From sequence record PP456877.1: a stretch of DNA of 64,000 bases. One strand, 5' to 3'. The number at the start of each line of letters is the position of its first letter. The stretch's first letter is position 1. Positions 28,430 through 36,704 of the stretch are shown here, one piece after another. Below the pieces are notes generated by a model, which did not search any database, had not been told where the DNA came from, and saw nothing but the letters and a program-made list of their open reading frames with translations. Position numbers and translations under genes: made by a program.

Positions 28430-29024
28430 TCTCAGGTGTATCTACTTGCACACCTCCAGATTTAGATGAAGATGCATTCGGTAACTCATATAACGGAGTA
28501 CCATCAGTATTTTTTAATACCCGACCATATGCTGCTAAGATTTGGATTAACACTTGTAGAAGTTGTTTTTCTAATGGTTCATTATAAATACACCGCTCTA
28601 GGAATTGAGCCGCTTCTTTAGCAAACCCACCACGTGGATTGCGATTATGTTCTTTATTATAATAATCCATTACATTAGAAATACTAGCAACATTCTCACC
28701 AGATGAGATTGCAACACTTGGACGAGGATAAAGTGCTGGAACTGTAAAAAGTACAACTGCTTCTTTGGTATTAACACTTGCTACACGTAATGGATTTGAT
28801 AGCTCATGAACATATTTACGATATTCATCTAATGCACCTGGTGCCCATGGACATTCAAGTAACGGTAATATATTCTTTACAAAAACGTCCTCATGGACAA
28901 TAGGTATCTCTTTCTGATGAATGCTAACCATGGCTTGCATTGCATCCATGATCATGTTATCGCTATCTGTAACTCTAGTGTTCGGTTCCGGAGTTGCCAT
29001 CTTCTTTACCCATAACTTGTTCAA
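28392..29024 (-). CDS. Hypothetical protein
   Basis: ORF in a co-oriented operon; acidic C-terminus. Confidence 0.7.
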   Translation of the reverse strand: MNKLWVKKMATPEPNTRVTDSDNMIMDAMQAMVSIHQKEIPIVHEDVFVKNILPLLECPWAPGALDEYRKYVHELSNPLRVASVNTKEAVVLFTVPALYPRPSVAISSGENVASISNVMDYYNKEHNRNPRGGFAKEAAQFLERCIYNEPLEKQLLQVLIQILAAYGRVLKNTDGTPLYELPNASSSKSGGVQVDTPENDECVYGDEYED

Positions 29025-29532
29025 TCTGTTGTTTAGTCAGAGTAGTGATGATATTAAAACGAGCTTCTTCTTTGTTTTCCATTAGTTGAGGATTACTATT
29101 TAGGTAATCAATCAACGCATTGCAGTTTTCAGTAGTGAACTTATTAGGTGTTCCAACAGTAGCAAACATATAACCTTTATCACCGCCTTTACGAACAATG
29201 ACCGAGTCCATATGTTCTTTCTGATTAACTCCATCTACTTCAACTAGTGAGAATACTGGTTTAGTATCACCATTGATAACTCGCATTGCGTCATCAACTT
29301 CACGCCGAATACTTTCACCCATATTGCAAAGAATATCTGCAAGAACTCGACTAACGCGAATATTAAATGTTGCAGTTTCTTCAGCTTTAACTTTTACCAA
29401 TTGTTGGAAAGACTCATCTATAACTTTAGCATGTTTCGTTAGATTCCTAACTGTTACTTCTAGCATATGAATTCGTTTTAATAGCATGGAGTTCATAGCT
29501 TCGCTTTCATTTTGTTCAACTTCACTAGTCAT
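28975..29532 (-). CDS. Hypothetical protein with N-terminal coiled coil
   Basis: ORF with overlapping neighbours. Confidence 0.7.
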   Translation of the reverse strand: MTSEVEQNESEAMNSMLLKRIHMLEVTVRNLTKHAKVIDESFQQLVKVKAEETATFNIRVSRVLADILCNMGESIRREVDDAMRVINGDTKPVFSLVEVDGVNQKEHMDSVIVRKGGDKGYMFATVGTPNKFTTENCNALIDYLNSNPQLMENKEEARFNIITTLTKQQIEQVMGKEDGNSGTEH

Positions 29533-29976
<444 letters not shown>

Positions 29977-29983
29977 TTAAGAT

Positions 29984-30001
29984 GGGAGCCAAATGGCTCC
30001 C
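29984..30001 (-). terminator. Hairpin terminator
   Basis: GGGAGCC-AAAT-GGCTCCC with a downstream T-tract on the - strand. Confidence 0.55.
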
Positions 30002-30049
30002 TTTATATTACTTGATACATACAGTTAAATACTTATATTAACTAGTGTA

Positions 30050-30562
30050 CTAATATTTACTTGCAATTAATTCAATGTGGTATACGATAACAGTACCTTC
30101 TTTTTTCTTGAGTGTACTTGTTAAAACGATATCGTGTTCAGTAACACATGCGTGTACACTAATGGGCCTGGTAGCAATCTCGGCACCTGCCCCTGAAAAA
30201 TGAGTTGTAGCTACATATAACTGGGTATCATCAATTAACCCATTTGGATCCCTACCAACATGTACAAATGGTGGCCTGCTAGCCACCTTAGGATATTCGT
30301 CTTTAATAACAAGATGACCATCTTCAGATGGGTAAGCATAGTCATATCCAGTCACATAGATACGTAGAGTGCCATTCTTAAATGCTTCTTTAAGATAAGA
30401 ATATTCTTCAAGATTAAAACGAGTTGAATCAACTACAGCAGTAGTTAATTTAAGAATAGGGTGTAGTGGCATTGATGAGTCATTACGCTTAATTAATAGC
30501 ATCTGTATTTTCCTTAACGTAAAAAGCAATATGTGGATGGTTCCACAATGGACTCTCATCAC
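30050..30562 (-). CDS. Hypothetical protein (start probably MLLIKR)
   Basis: ORF track. Confidence 0.65.
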   Translation of the reverse strand: MMRVHCGTIHILLFTLRKIQMLLIKRNDSSMPLHPILKLTTAVVDSTRFNLEEYSYLKEAFKNGTLRIYVTGYDYAYPSEDGHLVIKDEYPKVASRPPFVHVGRDPNGLIDDTQLYVATTHFSGAGAEIATRPISVHACVTEHDIVLTSTLKKKEGTVIVYHIELIASKY

Positions 30563-30824
30563 AAAAACTATAACTATGTATTTCCTCGCCAGTATCTAAT
30601 TTAATAGAGACCACTTCACCTTCAATAACTGTGAAAATAAATTTAGTATCAGGTGAAACATAATCACCAGTTACATAGACATTATCAGGAAGATACAATA
30701 GTCGTGTTTGATTATCGTGTTTAAGTTCTATTCCATCTGTACTATTAAAATACATATATCCCGTACCATCTGGACTTTTTTGAAACATCTTTAGTTTATT
30801 TGGTACGAGTAGATCAATTGACAT
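30489..30824 (-). CDS. Hypothetical protein
   Basis: AGGAG RBS; 111-aa ORF. Confidence 0.7.
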   Translation of the reverse strand: MSIDLLVPNKLKMFQKSPDGTGYMYFNSTDGIELKHDNQTRLLYLPDNVYVTGDYVSPDTKFIFTVIEGEVVSIKLDTGEEIHSYSFCDESPLWNHPHIAFYVKENTDAIN

Positions 30825-30875
30825 AGATCTCTCCTAAACGATAGAAGAGAGCCCCTGTACGGGACTCTCATTTAT

Positions 30876-31487
30876 TTAACCTAGAAGATTACCTACGACT
30901 GAAGTTGGATCTTCTTCACCTGCGTCCAGATGCCCATCAATAGCATTCCACATACGGATGATGTCAACTTTTTCATGCAGACTAAGTTTACGATCACTCT
31001 TGATATCTTCGTGATAGTTTTTATAACCGAATTCTTTCTTATCGGTATACATAACTCCATCCATCACGCGACGATAATCAAACTGTCGTTCACCTACTGC
31101 ATCACCTTGGATGTTATTATAAGAACCACTATATCCATCAACTTCATTATTAAGATACATAGTTCTTAGACGCTCATGCGCCATAACCCAACGTTGCATA
31201 ATCGGACCAGCTGTTTGTAGTTCAGCTAAAGTCTCAAGATACACAATGTTGTTCGACTGCCATAAATTATCTTTCTTTGTGGTTAGATTCCGCAGTGCTT
31301 GAACAGCAGCTGATTCACTAATCATACTGTACATATTTTGTGCAGTATTGAAAAAGCTAGCAGCAGCAGTTGACATAGTTGAACGCAGTGCCTGACTACG
31401 CTCACCCAACCATTGGGTTGTTTGCTGTGTAAGATGGCCACCTGCACAGATGTCCAAGAGGTCTACACCATGTGCATCTACAATCAT
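30876..31487 (-). CDS. Conserved protein at phiKZ gp59 position (possibly import factor Imp3)
   Basis: 203-aa ORF. The Imp3 assignment is from recalled gene numbering only. Confidence 0.55.
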   Translation of the reverse strand: MIVDAHGVDLLDICAGGHLTQQTTQWLGERSQALRSTMSTAAASFFNTAQNMYSMISESAAVQALRNLTTKKDNLWQSNNIVYLETLAELQTAGPIMQRWVMAHERLRTMYLNNEVDGYSGSYNNIQGDAVGERQFDYRRVMDGVMYTDKKEFGYKNYHEDIKSDRKLSLHEKVDIIRMWNAIDGHLDAGEEDPTSVVGNLLG

Positions 31488-31543
31488 TATTCACCTCAGA
31501 TACTGTACTCATATACCCAGCACAGATTAAATAGACGTTGCAT
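31443..31543 (-). repeat. Copy B of a 101-nt diverged direct repeat (15-aa stub ORF 31496..31543 + start of the gp59-like gene)
   Basis: Ungapped alignment to 31809..31909, 76/101 identical by hand count. Confidence 0.85.
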
Positions 31544-31556
31544 AATAGGTTACCTC

Positions 31557-31739
31557 TTAAAGCTTAGAGATCATTTCGACATATGCATCGACAAACCTTC
31601 TGTTTACCACTACATCACCATTCCCACGAGTGATATATCTCCCAGTTAATATAGCTACCGATCTGGCTTCACGTTCATCTCGTTCGGCTTGTGATAAACG
31701 TTCCGGGTTACGTCGAATAATTTCACGAATATTAGACAT
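31557..31739 (-). CDS. 60-aa Arg-rich early protein lying between the repeats
   Basis: AAGGGG RBS; downstream of an early-type promoter. Confidence 0.7.
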   Translation of the reverse strand: MSNIREIIRRNPERLSQAERDEREARSVAILTGRYITRGNGDVVVNRRFVDAYVEMISKL

Positions 31740-31770
31740 TGGATATTCCCCTTATCACTATTGCACCTTA

Positions 31771-31795
31771 GTGATATAAATCTGAAATTGAATTC
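31771..31795 (-). promoter_or_regulatory. Early-type promoter
   Basis: TTTCAGATTTATATCAC, variant of the motif. Confidence 0.55.
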
Positions 31796-31808
31796 AGTGT
31801 AACTTCAC

Positions 31809-31909
31809 GGCACAGCTGTTCAAGAGATCCACACCATGGGCGTCTATAATCATTATACACTTCAGTTATTGGCTGTATATGACCAACATAGATTAAACGG
31901 ATGTTGTAT
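31809..31909 (-). repeat. Copy A of the repeat (end of 31862..32287 + truncated gp59-like stub 31794..31853)
   Basis: Encodes ...QHPFNLCWSY* then MIIDAHGVDLLNSCAVKLH*. Confidence 0.85.
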
Positions 31910-32287
31910 AGGTAGGTTAAATGTGTCTAGTTCCTGACCGATCCAATTGATAGCTTTTGTAACACCTTCAACAGTTACAGTTAATTCAACATGGATATCA
32001 TGTTCAGGTGCAGTCACCACAATAGTGATTGGATCATCATGTTTAATACGGAATCCAAACTTAGGGTGATGGAATCCCGCATATTCACCTTTAGTATTTT
32101 CTAGAATACATTCAAATAGATTAGTTTCTTTATTAAGTTTAAATGTAACTAGTTTATCTGAATCTTTAAGTAAACCATTATCCCCAAATACATTGAATCG
32201 ATAATGCTTATGGCAGATACCAAGTGTTTTTGGTACATCATGGGAATTATCGATTTGCTTAGTACATTCATTACATTTACTATTCAT
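31862..32287 (-). CDS. Hypothetical protein with N-terminal CxxC...C-H motif
   Basis: KCNECT...GICHKH. Confidence 0.7.
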   Translation of the reverse strand: MNSKCNECTKQIDNSHDVPKTLGICHKHYRFNVFGDNGLLKDSDKLVTFKLNKETNLFECILENTKGEYAGFHHPKFGFRIKHDDPITIVVTAPEHDIHVELTVTVEGVTKAINWIGQELDTFNLPIQHPFNLCWSYTANN

Positions 32288-32299
32288 CCTTATTTACCT

Positions 32300-32683
32300 T
32301 TAATAAATTTGCTTATCAAAAGAGCAATTAATTGGGATAGTGATAACTTCATTAGTAACTACATGTTTACCTGTCTTTTTAAAGAATTGTGCAAATTTTG
32401 AAGTAGCTGGAATTACAAAGGTATCATCCCGATCATTATTTGACATATTGTACAGAGTAAATTTACCGTCTAAATCAAACCTAATTTGCCATTCAATATC
32501 ACGTACTTTGAAATCTATACCAAACCTTAAGTGATCATCAATTAATTCAGAACCACCGTATTCATAAGCTCCGGTGAAATTCCAATTAATTTCTGCAAAT
32601 TGGAAAGTTACAGGATGTTCACCATATTCATCTTGTATATAGTAACCATCATGAGCTTTCCAATAGATAACTAAATCATGCAT
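32300..32683 (-). CDS. Hypothetical protein
   Basis: 127-aa ORF. Confidence 0.7.
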   Translation of the reverse strand: MHDLVIYWKAHDGYYIQDEYGEHPVTFQFAEINWNFTGAYEYGGSELIDDHLRFGIDFKVRDIEWQIRFDLDGKFTLYNMSNNDRDDTFVIPATSKFAQFFKKTGKHVVTNEVITIPINCSFDKQIY

Positions 32684-32703
32684 GCTACCAGCCTCAAAGA
32701 AAT

Positions 32704-32728
32704 AATAGGGGAGTTAGACTCCCCTATT
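32704..32728 (-). terminator. Hairpin after the nvRNAP beta' gene
   Basis: AATAGGGGAGT-TAG-ACTCCCCTATT. Confidence 0.7.
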
Positions 32729-32731
32729 AAT

Positions 32732-32935
32732 TTATTTTGCTTTTAGCCATTCTTCTAATGGCGGTAAATATTTCTCATGTGCCCAGTTAATAATTGTTTC
32801 TACAACAGGACCCTGTAATTCAAGGTTACCTGAGATTTCATGTGGTTCATCAATAGATAGAACCCATGTATGTGGCGCAATGCGTTCAGTTGCTTTAGTT
32901 AGATACACATCAGGCATTAACGTTAAATTAAGTTG
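32732..32935 (-). CDS. nvRNAP beta' N-terminal subunit (gp55/56.1), exon 4
   Basis: QLNLTLMPD...WLKAK*; begins right after the terminal G of intron 3 and continues DFDGD-Q as in RpoC. Confidence 0.9.
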   Translation of the reverse strand, partial: QLNLTLMPDVYLTKATERIAPHTWVLSIDEPHEISGNLELQGPVVETIINWAHEKYLPPLEEWLKAK

Positions 32936-33323
32936 CACTATCTTCGTACAGCATCGTCAGCATCATGTCTAAAAATCATCCATTGGAAGACATGTCGCTG
33001 CTGTACCGTCCACTTAATATCTCCCGACATTAAGTAACTGCTCTAGCTTTCACTAGATGGTGAGACTATATCTTCTTCCCAGAGGGAAGCCTTCTATTTC
33101 GGATCACTTAATCCTACTCTACTCCCTTGTCTGCTTTCGCAGTGGTTTCGATAGTCGTTGAACGTTCTTCCTATATTGCCTTACGGTAATACGTAGAAGC
33201 TTCGCTGCTGATTGTCCAATCCTAACACTTTTCAAACCGTTACATTTTAGCTTTCGCTATCTGCTTTGGTAGTTAGGCTCTAAGGAGGTTCCAGCAATTA
33301 AGAAGGTTAGGAGACCAATTAAA
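32936..33323 (-). mobile_element. Group I intron 3 (388 nt, no ORF)
   Basis: P AAUUGCUGG, Q AAUCAGCAG, R GUUCAACGACUA (33152-33163), S GAAGAUAUAGUC (33064-33075); exon GGAGAU pairs with IGS GUCUCC; ends in G. Confidence 0.92.
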
Positions 33324-33341
33324 ATCTCCGTCAAAATCAGC
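33324..33341 (-). CDS. nvRNAP beta' exon 3: 18-nt micro-exon encoding ADFDGD
   Basis: GCT GAT TTT GAC GGA GAT, between an intron-terminal G and a U-ending 5' splice site. Confidence 0.92.
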
Positions 33342-34714
33342 CGTGTTGTTCAGTATCAGTCGTTAATTGATACCCGCACCATTACGTGCAGCTCTAGCTT
33401 TCACTAGAAGACCAGACTATATCTTCACCCTTCCTTTCGGAGTGGGGTGTCTCCCATTTCGAGTCACTTGACCCTACATCCTATTTCTAGGACCGGTGCA
33501 CCTGATACCGTAATAGTCGTTGAACCTTCTCCTATTCCTAAATGGAATGTTACGGAGCTTGGCTGCTGATTGGCCCTACCTAATCTTTTTCAAACCTTGG
33601 CTTTGTCTTTCGACTCGCAGTGGTAGATTAGTTTAACAGGATATCCCAGCAATTAGAGAGAACTCAACCCAACGATTACTCATTGGGGGAACTAGACTTG
33701 ATTAACTTAATAAGGTATTTATCAAGCACCCCATTCTTTTCAAAGATTGCTCTTCGAACAGTATTCGGATGCTTAATACCGACATCTCTTGCAAAGTGTG
33801 GAATACTCGGATACACTTTGGTAGTGTTCAAGATGGTGTCAGTTACTTCAATTGGAGTACCTTTTCCATTACTAGGTTTTCCAAATGAGGCTTCAATTTC
33901 TTTTTGAGTGTATTTAGGAAAATCTTCAGGATTAGCGGTATATGAGAATACCAAACCATCCATGATTTCCTTACTACCTCTAACTAGATGGTAATAGGCT
34001 TTATTACGTTTAGTACCTAGTGCAAGTTCCATTTCAGCTAAGTTATGAAACACATGTAATGTCTTAGTCTTATAGTCTAAAACATAAACTGTCTTGGTAC
34101 TATCTCGATCAGCAATCTTAGTCTCACCGGTAATAAATTCAAATGTGAATCTATTTCTATACGGCTTAGTCTTATGATCACGTATAATAACCCAAACCGT
34201 ATTTTTATTAACTCCTAATGCCCGAGCAAGTTCACTCATCGAGTAATAAGTAGTCTTTTCACCAGTGGTAACATCAGTTGCAATTACTCGTCTATTTTCT
34301 TTTCTTAATCCATTTTTGTAAGCATGTTCTAAGTTTTCACCACGAGTCATCCACTCCAAATTAGATGGTAGATTATTATGTTTGTTGCCGTCTTTATGAT
34401 TGACTTCATAATTTGGTCCAGGTGATGGACCATGGAATGCAGTACAGATTAGAATATGTGATAATGTAGAATTACTTCTGCCATTATCATTCTTTGCACC
34501 TAGCTTCAGATATGAACCAGTTGAGGTAGGTACTTTGTATAACTTACATATCCTGTTTAACCGCTTATGACGAATTGTTCCTAGGTTACTAGCTTCATAT
34601 GCTGAGTATCCAGGAATATCCCGCCATTAAATTTTAAATGAAGCCGGATCAAAGACGGACACTACTCCGTTTTGTTCCATTGTTTTTACCCTTATTTAGT
34701 TATTTGCTTATCCG
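33342..34714 (-). mobile_element. Group I intron 2 (1373 nt) with HNH ORF in the P1 loop
   Basis: P and Q present, R at 33514-33525, S at 33415-33426; exon CCUAAU pairs with GUUGGG located just after the HNH stop. Confidence 0.92.
33676..34680 (-). pseudogene. NUMOD4-HNH homing endonuclease with in-frame TAA at codon 18
   Basis: MEQNGVVSVFDPASFKI*WRDIPGYSAYEASNLGTIR...HILICTAFHG...VNHKDGNKHNNLPSNLEW followed by three NUMOD1/IENR1-like repeats; TAA at 34627-34629. Confidence 0.85.
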
Positions 34715-34822
34715 ATTAGGCGCTTTCAAGCATAATACTGACATGCTGATAGAATTATCATTAATATCATCTTTTACTTTGGTAATAAAGAACTGCTGTG
34801 TAGATCCACGTTGAAGCGTTGG
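34715..34822 (-). CDS. nvRNAP beta' exon 2 (36 aa)
   Basis: PTLQRGSTQQFFITKVKDDINDNSISMSVLCLKAPN; joins HRN to give HRNPTLQR (RpoC NRAPTLHR). Confidence 0.92.
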
Positions 34823-35172
34823 CAATATCTTCAGTTAGTTCGTTAGGCTAACCCGCACCATTACGTGCAGCTCTAGCTCTCGCTAGACGTTGAGACTATA
34901 TCTTCACCTTTGGCTTTACCCAGTAAGGTGCTTCCCACTTCGAGTCCACTTGGACCCTACGTGCCAATGCACTAGTCGTTGAACTTTATCCATACCTTTC
35001 GGGTTAGGATCTTAGCTGCTGATTGACTCTATTCAGTTATTCTTAAGCATTCATAGAACCTTTCGGAACTATTGTAGCTAACTGACCTAACGAGTTGTTC
35101 CAGCAATTCAAGAAGTTTTGTCGAGCATCATTTCTGATACAAGGAAACCATTTAGTATTGATATACAAATTA
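34823..35172 (-). mobile_element. Group I intron 1 (350 nt, no ORF)
   Basis: P and Q present, R at 34973-34984, S at 34894-34905; exon GAAAU pairs with IGS GUUUC; ends in G. Confidence 0.92.
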
Positions 35173-36309
35173 ATTTCGGTGAAAAGTACAACCCATCCCT
35201 TTATAAGGGGCTGCTTCTGCAATTAGCTCTTTAAATAGATCTGCAATGATTTGGTTATATTGAAGTACATTCTCATATACAAATGAGAATGCTTCACGAG
35301 TTGTCATGTTAAACTTTGCTTTTAGTTTATTGGTTAGATGATACTTTAATAATTGACAACCTACCCCCCAAGGGATATGTAGTTCATCATAATCATGCGG
35401 GTCACTAATAGAAGTGATTACTGCACGTGCCGTAGCGTTGAGACGAGCACCAAACATGTGACGCCGAGCAAGACCAGGCTTTTGAGCAATTCGTGATTTT
35501 GCGTAGATCTCGTAGAACTGGCCATATAGTCTTAGTCCTCGCATAGTCCTATTCTGAGCTTTAATTGGACTAAGTGGTACAGATGATGCATCAATACTAG
35601 CGAAGGTTAAGGTAGCGTCAATTGCTGCTTCAATTGGTTTATCTAAGTAAGTACCAGATGTGGTTGATTCTGCTACGAAACAGAGTTTAGAAGGAACTGG
35701 TAAATATTTAGGGAATAACTTATCTTTATTCTGAGCAACGAATTGAGCGAATTCGGATTTATTATTAGAGATAATATTTGCATCTAGTAGGAATTGGAAG
35801 ATCTCATTGAAGTTATCAATGAAGTGATTTAATCCTCTTTCAAATCCTCGATGCAGTAGCCTATCTACTTTCCTGCGTGTTTCTTTAGAACCAATAGATT
35901 CTACATCGTACCGATAAGAAGTATCAGTTAGATAGGCTAAGAAATCGAATTCTTTAGTTACTAGATATCCGGTTAGCATAATGATTAAACGTGGGTTAAT
36001 TAGGCTACGTACATGTTTTGGTGTACGAACCCACATTGATGGTTCGATAGGGCGGCTAGAAGTATTGACAACTGGAGTATTACAAATATCACAGATTACT
36101 CCGAGTTTATGTGCGTCTTCGATTGCTCGACAATCACAGCTTACACTACTTTCAATTGCTTCTGAATCTTGGAAATGAGAATAGAAATGTCTATCAAATT
36201 CTTCTTTCTCATCTGAGTTACTCGTATTGTAATCATTGGCATAAATTCGTTTACCCGTAAATTGATCATGAACTTCATTATGATCAACAACTTTGGCATA
36301 AAGACCCAT
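35173..36309 (-). CDS. nvRNAP beta' N-terminal subunit (phiKZ gp55), exon 1; start MGLYAK
   Basis: AGGAG RBS; Zn finger CDC...CDIC; ARLNATARAVITS (RpoC region C); ends FHRN at the splice site. Confidence 0.9.
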
Positions 36310-36333
36310 ACCAAACTCCTGTTTATCGATTAA

Positions 36334-36378
36334 CAAAAAAAGGAGATATAAGCGGCCCCCGAAGGAGCCGCTTATATC
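36334..36378 (-). terminator. Strong intrinsic terminator
   Basis: GATATAAGCGGC...GCCGCTTATATC plus a T-tract. Confidence 0.85.
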
Positions 36379-36380
36379 AG

Positions 36381-36700
36381 TTTTTACAATGGACCACCAA
36401 CGGAGCCTGGCCCGAGCCTAGCGTCATCTACAAAGCTTAACCTCCGCTCTTCTTTGTAGCATACCGGCACTAGTCTCATTTACCATCCATTGTAGTTTTT
36501 GATCACACGTTACCTTTTGAGTAACTCCTTTCGGTTAAGTGATCTATCATCCTCGTGTAGTGATAGGTCGACCTAGACTAAGTCCACTAGTCGATTACTT
36601 CACGGAACCTACTCCTAACCGTTATCACCGAAGTGAACCAGGGTCGCAGTATTAGAATCGGGATGTTACTTATTTAACATCCCTATCTACCGAGGTATTT
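36381..36700 (-). ncRNA. Candidate structured RNA downstream of chmA
   Basis: ORF-free, GC-richer than flanking intergenic DNA, at least seven helices including C(UUCG)G and GAAA tetraloops. Confidence 0.6.
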
Positions 36701-36704
36701 CCTA

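Noticed and set aside
32732-32938. ORF-track 68-aa gene starting at GTG
   Set aside because: The GTG is the last three intron-3 nucleotides and has no RBS; this is exon 4 of the polymerase gene.
33676-34359. 227-aa ORF starting at TTG as a complete endonuclease
   Set aside because: It starts downstream of the HNH catalytic His and is the tail of the interrupted 33676..34680 frame.
34627-34629. Stop-codon reassignment as an explanation for the internal TAA
   Set aside because: TAA terminates many clearly intact genes in this window.
36381-36700. A fourth group I intron or a hammerhead ribozyme
   Set aside because: No P/Q/R/S elements, no interrupted reading frame, and no CUGAUGA core.
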